NCBI RefSeq assembly: GCF_004010195.1
Contig: NC_057751.1
Coordinates: 16,940,550 to 16,977,457, forward strand
DNA: 36,908 nucleotides
Direction: 5' to 3'
From: Chiloscyllium plagiosum
Taxonomy: Eukaryota
Made by a program: the position numbers and the translations under genes. A model generated the notes under the pieces. The model saw nothing but the letters and a program-made list of their open reading frames with translations. It was not told the origin of the DNA and did not search any database. The number at the start of each line of letters is the position of its first letter. Position 1 is the first letter of the stretch. Positions 1 to 10,747 of this stretch are shown here, piece after piece.

Positions 1-272
1 CAGGTTAGGGTGGATTGGCCATGCTAAATTACCCATAGTGTTCAGGGATGTGCAGGTTAGGGTGGATTGGCCGTGCTAAATTACCCATAGTGCTCAGGGA
101 TGTGCAGGTTAGGGTGGATAGGCCATGCTAAATTACCCATAGTGCTCAGGGATGTGCAGGTTAGGGTGGATTAGTCAGTGGGAAATGTCGGGGAATGGGT
201 CTGGGTGGGTTACTCTTCGGAGAGTCAATGTGGACTTGTGGGGCTGAAGGGCCTGTTTCCACACGGTAGGGG
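1..272 (+). mobile_element. 3' part of an HE1/V-SINE-like SINE with about 3 tandem 52-bp internal units, cut by the window edge
   Basis: Repeats of GATGTGCAGGTTAGGGTGGATTGGCCATGCTAAATTACCCATAGTG, then the tail GGGCTGAAGGGCCTGTTTCCACAC also seen in the complete SINE at 34873-35192. Confidence 0.8.
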
Positions 273-854
273 TTGTGTGATGACGAGAGAGGATTGGGGG
301 ACAGGAGTAGGGGTAGACAGGGGGAGAGCGCACCCCGGGGCGTGTGTGTGTGTGTCTACGCACGTGTGTGTGTCTGAGGAAGGACGTTTTGGCGATGGAA
401 TGAAGGTGTGCCCAGGGTCTGACGAATGGAGAGAGACAGGATCGGGTTTTAGGATTATAATCGTGGGGAGTTCAGAAGCATCGTAGGCATTGGGGGGGGT
501 GGCAGGGAAGGGTGCTTCCTGAGTGCGGGTGGAAGCGCAGACTGATCCTTCCCTTCTCGTTCTCCCCTCCACCCCCGGCAGACGGCAAACGGATCCCCAG
601 AGTCCCGGAGCGCCGAGGAACAGCCGGGAGAGGGAGAGGACGAAGCAGAGACCCCCAATCCCTTCAACGAGCTGACGGATTGGGAACTGGAGGAGTACCA
701 GAGGGAGGTGAAACGGAAACAGCTAGGCCTGGATGGTCATGGTAACTGCTGTTGGTGCTGCGGGGAATTCCCATCTGTGGGATCTTGCTGTGCGCAAATC
801 ATGCCCCCCCCCGCTTTAACCCCTCCCAAACCATGTCCCCAGCCAATTTAAGAG

Positions 855-1727
855 CTAGACCAATGAGGGGTGTTTGTTGCCGGGTAACGTGGAAGAGGAA
901 GCGGCCATCTTAAAACCACTAGACCAATGCGCGGTGGGTGTTGCCAGGCAACACGGGAGAGGAACGCAGCCATCTTAACAGCACTAGACCAATGTGGTGT
1001 GGTTGTTGCCGGGCAACACAGAAGTGGAAGGCGGCCATCTTAACAGTACTAGACCAATGCGCAGTGGGTGTTGCTGGGTGACACGGGAAAGGAAGGTGGC
1101 CATCTTAACAGTATTAGACCAATGTGCGGTGGGTGTTGCCGGACAACGCAGGAGTGGAAGGCGGCCATCTTAACAGTACTAGACCAATGTGCGGTGGGTG
1201 TTGCTGGGTGACACGGGAAAGGAAGGTGGCCATCTTAACAGCGCTCAACCAATGTGAGGTGGGTGTTACCGGGCAACGCAGGAGTGGAAGGCGGCCATCT
1301 TAACAGCACTAGACCAATGTGTGGTGGGTGTTGCTGGGCGACACGGGAAAGGAAGGTGGCCATCTTAACAGCGCTCGACCAATGTGAGGTGGGTGTTGCC
1401 GGGCAACGCAGGAGTGGAAGGCGGCCATCTTAACAGCGCTAGACCAATGTGCGGTGGGTGTTGCCGGGCAACGCAGGAGTGGAAGGCGGCCATCTTAACA
1501 GCACTAGACCAATGTGTGGTGGGTGTTGCCGGGCAACGCAGGAGTGGAAGGCGGCCATCTTAACAGCACTAGACCAATGTGTGGTGGGTGTTGCCAGATG
1601 ATGCAAGAGAAGAACGCAACCATCTTAGCACTAGACCAATGCACTGTGGTTGTTGCCAGGCAACGCGGGAGAGGAAGGCAGCCATCTTCTGAGAGCTAGA
1701 CCAATGCAGGGTGGGTATTGCTGGGCG
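855..1727. repeat. 65-bp tandem minisatellite, about 13.5 copies, with CCAAT, RFX-type palindrome, GGAA and CCATCTT motifs; probable promoter/enhancer array
   Basis: CCAAT recurs at 860, 924, 989, 1054, 1119, 1184, 1249, 1314, 1379, 1444, 1509, 1574, 1636, 1701. Consensus CTAGACCAATGTGCGGTGGGTGTTGCCGGGCAACGCAGGAGTGGAAGGCGGCCATCTTAACAGCA. The repeat is certain; the regulatory role is inferred. Confidence 0.9.
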
Positions 1728-1893
1728 AGAAGCGTGGATGGAAAAGAAATAAAATGCTAGAATCTCTTTCTGACTCCACCCCCACCCTCCCCCATAGGCC
1801 CGGATGATGAGAACACGTCGGCGGAGATCTCCCCGCTCCGGAGTCCCCTCCCGTCGCCCGTCGGATCGCCAGCCTCTCCTGGCATGCCTGGAG

Positions 1894-2340
1894 GTAAGGT
1901 GGCACGGGGGGGCATGGTGCCCACTGGGTTTCGCCCCACAGCCCTCCCACAACATCCCCCCCCCCATCCCGGTGCCCAGGTCCCACTGCTCCGTTGTGTG
2001 GTGCTGGTGACCCATCTCTCTCTCTCTCTCTGCGCCATCTTAAGTGGGCACGTCTGCCCAGCCCGTGACCATCGCCGATCCCGCCCTCTCCAATGGGGTG
2101 AGGGCACCGTCTCTCCTCAGATCGTGAACCCCTCCCCAACCTCGCCTCCCCTAGGTCCTGGATATTTACCCCACCTCCTCCCCTCCCTCCCATCCCTCCC
2201 ATCCCTCCCATTACGCGGAAACTCTCTTCCTGTTCAGAAACATTAACGGTGTGCCTGGCGTGTCTCCATCTTGGCCCATTTCTCTCTCTCTCTCTCTCTC
2301 TCTCTTTTTTGTCGTCCCTGCTTCCCGCTCCCGTTCCCAG
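1894..2340 (+). other. Putative 5'-UTR intron of the PUR gene
   Basis: Donor GAG|GTAAGG (GT at 1894), branch-like CATTAAC at 2241-2247, long CT-rich pyrimidine tract from about 2279, acceptor CCCAG| at 2340 followed by a second CAG. Confidence 0.4.
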
Positions 2341-2387
2341 CAGCCCTAGCGCCAAGAGGAGGTCACGTTGTCGAGTACTTGTCTTTT

Positions 2388-2887
2388 NNNNNNNNNNNNN
2401 NNNNNNNNNNNNNNNNNNNNNNNNNNNNNNNNNNNNNNNNNNNNNNNNNNNNNNNNNNNNNNNNNNNNNNNNNNNNNNNNNNNNNNNNNNNNNNNNNNNN
2501 NNNNNNNNNNNNNNNNNNNNNNNNNNNNNNNNNNNNNNNNNNNNNNNNNNNNNNNNNNNNNNNNNNNNNNNNNNNNNNNNNNNNNNNNNNNNNNNNNNNN
2601 NNNNNNNNNNNNNNNNNNNNNNNNNNNNNNNNNNNNNNNNNNNNNNNNNNNNNNNNNNNNNNNNNNNNNNNNNNNNNNNNNNNNNNNNNNNNNNNNNNNN
2701 NNNNNNNNNNNNNNNNNNNNNNNNNNNNNNNNNNNNNNNNNNNNNNNNNNNNNNNNNNNNNNNNNNNNNNNNNNNNNNNNNNNNNNNNNNNNNNNNNNNN
2801 NNNNNNNNNNNNNNNNNNNNNNNNNNNNNNNNNNNNNNNNNNNNNNNNNNNNNNNNNNNNNNNNNNNNNNNNNNNNNNNNNNNNNNN
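2388..2887. other. Assembly gap (500 N)
   Basis: Run of N. Linkage of the upstream array to the CDS depends on scaffolding across this gap. Confidence 1.
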
Positions 2888-3870
2888 AGAGAGCGGGCTG
2901 GGGGGGGGGACGGACGGACGGGCGGCGGCGGCTAAGATGGCGGAGGGGGACAGCGGGAGCGAGCGCGGCGGCGGAGGAGGCGGCGGCGGCGGCGGAGCAG
3001 GGTCAGGGGCAGCGGGCCTGCTGCTGCCGCCGCCGCCTCCCCCGCCGCCGCCGCAGGAGACCCAGGAGCTGGCCTCCAAGCGGGTGGACATCCAGAACAA
3101 GCGCTTCTACCTGGACGTGAAGCAGAACGCGAAGGGCCGCTTCATCAAGATCGCCGAGGTGGGCGCCGGCGGCAACAAGAGCCGCCTGACCCTCTCCATG
3201 GCGGTGGCCGCCGAGTTCCGCGACTACCTGGGCGACTTCATCGAGCACTACGCGCAGCTCGGGCCGTCGGAGGCCGGGGGCGGCGAGGCGGCGGCGGCGG
3301 CGGGAGGAGGAGGAGGCCCAGGCCCCGAGGAGCCGCGGCGGGCCCTGAAGAGCGAGTTCCTGGTGCGGGAGAACCGCAAGTACTACATGGACCTGAAGGA
3401 GAACCAGCGCGGCCGCTTCCTGCGGGTCCGCCAGACGCTGAACCGCGGGCCGGGCCTGGGCGGCAGCCAGGGGCAGACCATCGCGCTGCCGGCGCAGGGC
3501 CTGATCGAGTTCCGGGACGCGCTGGCCAAGCTGATCGACGACTACGGCGCCGAGGACGAGGCGCCGGGCGGCCAGGCCGAGCTGCCCGAGGGCACCTCGC
3601 TGACGGTCGACAGCAAGCGCTTCTTCTTCGACGTCGGCGCCAACAAGTACGGCGTCTTCATGCGGGTGAGCGAGGTGAAGCCCTCGTACCGCAACTCCAT
3701 CACCGTGCCGTACAAGGCCTGGCACAAGTTCGGCACCGCCTTCACCAAGTACGCCGAGGAGATGAAGGAGCTGCACGACAAGCCCCGCGGCGACAAGCTG
3801 CTCTTCGAGCGGCCGCCCGACGACTCGGACGCCGAGGATGTGGACGACGACTGAGGCGAGGCCCCCTTTC
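2888..3870. promoter_or_regulatory. CpG island over the 5' UTR and CDS, with a YY1-type AAGATGGCGG overlapping the start codon (2934-2943)
   Basis: Very high GC content and dense CpG; sequence GCTAAGATGGCGG. Confidence 0.75.
2937..3854 (+). CDS. PURB: Transcriptional regulator Pur-beta-like protein (PUR family ssDNA/RNA-binding protein), 305 aa, uninterrupted CDS
   Basis: ATG in strong Kozak context (AAGATGG). [13 protein letters not shown]-terminus; three PUR repeats ([60 protein letters not shown]); acidic DKLLFER...EDVDDD end without the PURA Q/E-rich tail. The family is certain; the paralog call is less so. Confidence 0.9.
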   Translation: MAEGDSGSERGGGGGGGGGGAGSGAAGLLLPPPPPPPPPQETQELASKRVDIQNKRFYLDVKQNAKGRFIKIAEVGAGGNKSRLTLSMAVAAEFRDYLGDFIEHYAQLGPSEAGGGEAAAAAGGGGGPGPEEPRRALKSEFLVRENRKYYMDLKENQRGRFLRVRQTLNRGPGLGGSQGQTIALPAQGLIEFRDALAKLIDDYGAEDEAPGGQAELPEGTSLTVDSKRFFFDVGANKYGVFMRVSEVKPSYRNSITVPYKAWHKFGTAFTKYAEEMKELHDKPRGDKLLFERPPDDSDAEDVDDD

Positions 3871-3944
3871 CCCCCCTCAGCGTTTTAACCTTATTGTGGT
3901 TTGTTTTTGGGGGGAGGAGGGGAAAGGTTTGCTGATGGGTGTTT

Positions 3945-5160
3945 GACAGGAAAAGAAATCAAACTTTTCTCTCTCTCTCAGAGAGAAAAGGGGGGTTGGG
4001 TGGGGACAAGGTCTAGGTTTATTTTAGTGTAGGAGGGGGTCCAAAGGAAGAAAATAAATTAAACCTTTCTCTCTATATATCTCTCTGAAGAGAGACAGAG
4101 AGAAAAGGGGGTTGGGTGGGGACAAGGTCTAGGTTTATTTTAGTGTAGGGGGGGTCCAAAGGAAGAAAATAAATTAAACCTTTCCGGGACAAAATCTAGG
4201 TTTTCTTTGGGAGGGGAGGGAAGTTTTTAATGATTTAGGGTTGGGGGGGAGCCCAAAGGAGGAAAAGAAATCATGTTTTTCTCTATCGAGGTCTTCCTTC
4301 AGAGAAAGAAAAGGTGGTTGGGTGGGACAAAATCTAGGTTTTCTTTGGGAGGGGAGGGAAGTTTTTAATGATTTAGGGTTGGGGGGGAGCCCAAAGGAGG
4401 AAAAGAAATCATGTTTTTCTCTATCGAGGTCTTCCTTCAGAGAAAGAAAAGGTGGTTGGGTGGGACAAAATCTAGGTTTTCTTTGGGAGGGGAGGGAAGT
4501 TTTTAATGATTTAGGGTTGGGGGGGAGCCCAAAGGAGGAAAAGAAATCATGTTTTTCTCTATCGAGGTCTTCCTTCAGAGAAAGAAAAGGTGGTTGGGTG
4601 GGACAAAATCTAGGTTTATTTTGGGAGGGTCCAAAGGAGGAAAAGAAATCAAATTTTTCTCTATCTCTGTTCAGAGAAAGAGAGAAAAGGGGGTTGGGTG
4701 GGATAAAATCTAGGTTTTGGGGGAGAGGGAGGGAAGGTTTGATGATTTAGGGTTGGGGGGGAGCCCAAAGGAGGAAAAGAAATCATGTTTTTCTCTATCG
4801 AGGTCTTCCTTCAGAGAAAGAAAAGGTGGTTGGGTGGGACAAAATCTAGGTTTATTTTGGGAGGGTCCAAAGGAGGAAAAGAAATCAAATTTTTCCCTTT
4901 CTATCGAGGCCTTCCTTCAAAAAGAGAGAGAGAGAAAATGAGGTTGGGTGGGACAAAATCTAGGTTTATTTGGGAGGGGAGGGTAGATTTGCTGATGGTT
5001 TGGGGTGGGGGGGGGGGGGGGGGTGTGGCCGAAAAGAGGAAAAGAAAAGAAATCAAATTTTCTCTCTCTATCAAGGGCTTCCTTCAGCCCCTCACTCAGA
5101 GCAAGAGAGAGAAAGGGGGTTGGGTGGGAAAAAATAACAAATCTAGGTTTGGGGAGGGAT
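3945..5160. repeat. Purine-rich minisatellite with a 138-bp core unit and shorter diverged variants
   Basis: GGGACAAAATCTAGG recurs with a 138-bp period between about 4186 and 4614; the spurious ORF 4241-4750 repeats every 46 codons. Confidence 0.9.
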
Positions 5161-5169
5161 GGGTGTAAT

Positions 5170-5640
5170 CCTTTTTGAGAGAAAGCTGCCTCCTCCAAAT
5201 CTATTTTGGGCCAACCCTGAGCGGGAATTGTCCAGTATCCGATTTGGACCAGCCTCTTTTATTTTTTTGTTTGTTTGTTTTGAGAGGAAAATTGTGTTGA
5301 AAATCCATTTGGAGAGGCAACCATGTCTCAAAGTTCATTTGGGGGGTGGTGGTGAGAGAATTGTGTTGCAAAAGCCATTTGGGAAAATTTTGAGGGGAAG
5401 AATTGGTTTGAATAGAAAACTTCTTAAAATCCATTTTGGGCCAGCCTCTCGCTTTGAGGGGAAAATTGCGCCGCAAAGTCCATTTGGGGAAATCTTTGGA
5501 TAGCAAACCATGTCTTGAAATCCGTTTCAGGGGAATCTTGGAGGGCAAATTGCATTGAAAAATCCACTTGGGAGACTTGAGCAGATTGTCTCGATTGAGA
5601 ATTCAAAGTCTGAAATCGGGGAAGCCTGGGAGCAAATTGT
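5170..5640. repeat. Degenerate short tandem repeat with recurrent AAATCCATTT(T)GGG...GGAAAATTG
   Basis: About 8 diverged copies of an AAATCCATTTGG-like word at irregular 35-90 bp intervals. Confidence 0.55.
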
Positions 5641-8600
5641 GTTTGCAAAGAAGAAAAAAAAACTAACCTGGGGAAACCTTGCAGAGTAAATAGTCTTCAC
5701 TGCGATGTTAAAAAAAATCTGATTGGGGAGTCAAATTGTGTGAAGTTTCAGCCCCCGCAGAAGAAAGAAATGTTTTCAAAGTCGATTTGATGTCTCAAAA
5801 GAAAGATGTTTCCAAACCGAAACCTTCCAGCTAAGCAGGGGGAGAAAAATTGAGTCGCTCACAAAAATTGAGAAAATAGTATTTTTTGGGAAACAGTGGA
5901 ATGTACTATTGAGGAGGAAGAGGAGGAGGAAACAGCAGCTTGCAATAAAGAAAATGTGTGCATGTACATGGAAACAAACAATCAAAAATACAAATGGGGC
6001 AGTTTCATCTCCAAGATGAATAAACCAGTTCATTGCAAAATACACACTGTTATTTGTGGAAAAGTATCGTTGTCGCTGAAACATCAATTCAGTTTTTTAA
6101 AAGGAAGCAGTTCATTGTGACGCAAAAGAGGTTCTTAACATGAAAAGTAAGAGACGACAAAATATGACCTCGACCTGAGAGAGAAATTATTTGCAGAGAC
6201 ATCACGTCACTTGAAGCCAGCAACACTTTAGAAAAGTTCTTTTCGTATCAGACAAAAAGTTCTCATGGAATTTTTAAAAATTATTTTAAATACTGGACAA
6301 TCGAGTCATTTTTAAATTTGTTTTCGTTCTTAAGTATTTCAAATATATCTTTGATAAAAACTGTTGTGTTCCTGATGTAGAAAAATGAATGTTTTTAAAC
6401 AATCAAGTATGAAGGCTTGACATAGTCTACAGTATGGCGCTAGTTCCACATGATATCTACTGCCAGGGCTTACATGTAGAAAGGTGATTGCTAACCTCCA
6501 TTAGTAATACTTATTGTATTTTGGTCATCTGCAGTGCATTTCCCTCCCTGAGTAAGTTTGGCAGTGTTACATGTATTCTGTATAACCATTCCAATGTAAA
6601 CCATCAGCAAGGATTCTACTGCTAGTATGAACTTGTTGCCCTTGTAGTAGAGACTACTTGTAACTAGCCCAGGTGCTACTGTTGAACACACGGCATGTCG
6701 AACCCTGTAAGGAATATTCAAGTTTCTTTCTAAGCTTTTCTTTTTAAAAAGTGGCTATCCATGACATACGATTTGACTTTTCCAGACTTGAGAATGTGCA
6801 TTTGCTTTTAAACAGAATAATTGTATAAAAATTTCACGCAACCACCACTTTCCCAAGAAACATTATTTATGTGCACAAAGTTATAAGTGATTGGATAGAG
6901 TAGATGAGAAAAAAAAATTGATTAACCCAGCTTAAGCCGGCATTTAAAATCAAGGGGTCATATAGCTTTTTAGGTTTTTTTTAAATTTTGTCTTGAGTCG
7001 TGCAGGAGTTTAGGCTTTTTGAACTGTATTTATTTATTAGAAGCAGTAATTATATTTTGCAGTATTTTCACTTTAAAGGCTGTGGAGTGTTCTTTTAGAA
7101 CAGATACCGAAGCCATTCCCTGCCTGTTGACTCGAGCTGCCGGTGAGTCTGAACTGTTGTTAGCGTTTTTCCCACATTATAACGGTATTGCGATTTGTGT
7201 GCATTCACTGTGGTCCCCTCGCAAGCTTTCTTCTCTGTATTTTAAAGATCAATTTCTCCCCTAAGTAAGCCCCTCTTTAAAAATTGTGATGTGTTGTCCA
7301 AGTGTGTTGAAGCGTAGGAATCAAAGCCAGGACATTGACATCATGTTCACGATTGAACAGCTTCCAGTTTGAATGTATTCTGATGTAGACAGACATAAAC
7401 AATGTCAAGCTCTTGTCAGCTTGTAGTCAAGGACACCTGGGAGAAACTGCTGAGCAATATATATATATATATATATCACTTTAACCCTGGTGGGTAAGTG
7501 ATTACCCGCACCAGGTCTGGGTCTGTTACACTTTGTATATTTTGGTTTTCTGTTCCTTAGCCTGAGGAGTCTGTGGAGATAGTAGGATGTGCTGTACATA
7601 ACCACGTTTGAGGTTGCCATCCACCTGGGGCCAGTTTGCACCTTGTTTCTCCATTTGACCTGTCAGAAAAGCTATCTCAGCATGTTGATAAGCGGCACCC
7701 TTGTTCGGTACAGCAGTCTGCACACCCGCCAGTTAGCCTGCAGTACTGGTTAGACTCTGAGCTGAGCAGCTGCCGCTCGGATTAAATAGGTCAGATGTGC
7801 TTTCAGTACAACCAAGAGATTGCCTTTTCGGCAGCATTGGGAATACAGGGAAGGCTGACCTTCCAAGGCAACGCGAGCCAGGTTACTCGTTACGCATGTC
7901 CGGTATTCAGCAGATCATCTCACTCAGTATGCTCTGTTCAATATCAACTTATGTTTTTTTTTCAAGAAAAGTAACGTTACTCAAAACGAAAGTATACAAA
8001 GTGAATGGTCCAGATATTTTCCACTGTCAAGAGTATCTTCTACAGACACAGTGCAATAGCCTCATTTAGCAATCATTTTAAAATTAGTTCAGAGAGCTTG
8101 CATATACAGCAACCTTTATGTGTCACTATCGGTTCTGCTGTGTGGTGACATAGTATTTTTTTTAAATTCTACACAGTGGGTAATGAATTTTAAAAAGGCT
8201 TTTGTTAATGTGGGATTTTTAAAATCTCCTTCTGCTTTTTTTAAAAAACCGATTGTAGAATATATTTTATACAAATTTCTAGACTTGATTTTAAGGCCTT
8301 TTTTAAAAAAAAAAATGCAGATGAAAGTTTCCTGATCAATTATTGAGCCGTTTGGCTTTGTTCCCTTCGTTGCTAATGATGTGCAAGGCAATCGAGCCAG
8401 TTTGGTGACATTCCAAGTTCTGCGAGCTTACATGTAAGCTGCTAAAACAGAAATAGCTGAGCGTGAGTGGAAAGGACCCTTCGCTTGGCTTGCTCGGTGC
8501 ACATTGAACTGAAGGGCAAAGCCTCTTTTCAGTGTTCCTTTCTGATTTCCTTTTAAATGTGCAGCAACTTGAGGAAAATGAAGGCTTCAAGGAGCCTCTT

Positions 8601-10747
8601 TGCATAGCTGGGCAATGGGCTACTGAACTTCACTGCGCTCCACTAGGACTGCAGTCCTAATCCCAGTCTTTGGTTCCTAAGTTAATGTCTCAGATGGATG
8701 GACAGCATCCCCCCCCCCCACCACCACCATGTGTCCCAGAGCTGCAGATGTGGGATGGGTGATTGTCCGAAAGTGCCACTTCTGGTCTCTGCAAGTACTG
8801 AGGGTACTATCTGTGGTGCTCGAGATGCAGAACTATTTCAGGTGCAACTCACTTTATCTGAAGTTACCAGCCAGCACTCTAGGCTGATTCTGTCTGAATA
8901 ATAAGCTTCCTTTTAGGAGTCCAAAAGTGGAGTTTGGCTGTGGAAATGTGAAGATTGTCAGAATGAGGGACAATCTGAATTTGTTGTTTGCCCTATTCCT
9001 CTGTATTGGATCGGTGTTAATGCACATTTAAGAAAACTAGCTGATCTTCTGCGGTCTAAACCACTTGATTTGTTGGTGTTGAGCGGTGTGGAAAGAGGAA
9101 GCAGAATGAAGAAAGATGTGTCTCTCATTGGAGAAGCCTTTTCAGAATCCAGTTCAGGGGTGGGGGGGGGTTTGTGGGGGGGAAGAGATATGATTAATCT
9201 TGTACATATGTGTACTTAATCCAGCCATGAAAATAAAAGAGAGCTGCAACTTAACAGATTCTATTTCAGAAATATCGTAGCCCTCTTACTGAGAAGTAAT
9301 GTATAGAAGGGAGAGGGGGAAAAAGTCTTGTCGGCTTCTGTGGTTGTTGGTGTCTGAATTACCATGGGGTACCATGCTGTTGGGTGTAAGTTGGTTATGT
9401 AAGCAGATCAGCGAGGCCTGCCCCTTCAGGCACCCTCAGTGAGTCCCAGCAAAGTGATTGCATAGCGCCTGGAGTCTATGTTTTTAAATAAACTAACCAG
9501 ATGTGTAGGTTGCAGAATTTTAAGGATTTTCTCATTTCAAAATATTTTTTGAAAATTGCAGTTCCCGTGCGCCCCTCCGTTAACTGATCTTGAGACCAAC
9601 TAGCCGATTTCCAGCGAGCAGCTCCGTGGGTGTTCTGTGTGATTAGGTTGAGCAGTGGCGATTTGTACACTTTGATGCCCGAGTCACTTGTTAAGAAAAA
9701 GAGACTCCTTACCCGGCTTGTCAGATTCCTCAAAGTCCCGTGTCCTTAGACTGTGCTGCAAGTACTTGGAACGTGTCCGTGCTCTTTGGTTCGAGTGCTT
9801 GTGGCTCATTGGTTAGTTCAGTCATGCTCGGCCGATGGGTAACGAGCTGTAAAGCTGCCTGGGCATGTAACACCAGCGCGCAAGTGAATACAGTGGGTTG
9901 TTGCTCGCCCCATGCCTCCTGGCGCCTCTTGCGACCAATTATTGACCCTGTTGTAGGGAGCTGCAGTTTGGGATTTCTCGTGCCGGACCTCCACCCTTGC
10001 AGTCCTCCTGATCCTGATCCCTCTTTGGGTTGTTATTTGCCAACGTACACCTGGCCCGTGGGTAGGGGAGGTGCGTATTTCTGAAGTAATCACTCGAGCA
10101 GTTCATCAGTGCTATCGAGTAGAGCAGTGTTTAAGTGTTCATGATGTCCGGTGATTTCACTCGTAATGAAGTAAGCTTTTTCCTGCATTTGTAAGTTTAA
10201 GCTGAATCTTGACACATGGAGAGATACCAATGTGTGTAAATGATGAGCTAGTAATCTATACTTAAAAGATACAAATTATACTTGATCTACTTTAGGTATT
10301 TTGGTAATTGACTAAAATTGCTACTTTTCTTTGTCTTGGTTTGAGTGATTCACAGTTCTGGTTTTTTTTGTTTTATGCGTTATTTATAGTTTCTCCTGCT
10401 CCTCCTTTTCAAAACATCTCAATGTGTTAGCTGAGAGCCATGCAGCCAGCTCCCACATTCCTACTTGGATTATTCCAGCCAACAGTTGCTGAGACAGGCC
10501 AGTCCGAGTCGGTCTTTCAACGTTGCATATCCCTTTGTCGGTGAGTTTCAACAGGCGTGCATGGACTTTCTCAGCAAGAAATTACCTCAGACTGAAAGGC
10601 GCACACCAGGATGCCCCTCTGCCACCAGACCCTGGTTGGCAGTGCCAGTGTGGTCCCCTGAAAGGTCTGAAGCTCAACATTTTGAAGCCCAGTCTCCTTT
10701 GCTAGTCGCTGGGCCTGTTTGGAACTTTGGAAGGCTTTTACCATGTG

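Noticed and set aside
855..1727. CRISPR-like appearance of this array and of the 52-bp array
   Set aside because: Units are contiguous with no unique spacers, there are no cas genes, and the context is eukaryotic
2271..2936. N-terminal extension of the 527-aa ORF and other ORFs crossing N runs
   Set aside because: Artefacts of translating through gaps; the homologous start is MAEGDSGS at 2937
3003..3776. 257-aa antisense ORF overlapping the PUR CDS
   Set aside because: Expected shadow of extreme GC3, which removes antisense stop codons; non-ATG start and no recognisable domain
4241..5168. ORFs with a 46-aa repeat
   Set aside because: Translation of the 138-bp minisatellite; non-ATG or weak starts and frame shifts between copies
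7860..7955. Faint resemblance (GN..V...SR...VQYQ) to IGIP, which lies downstream of mammalian PURA
   Set aside because: Only a few residues match from memory and there is no convincing ORF; it would need a tBLASTn hit
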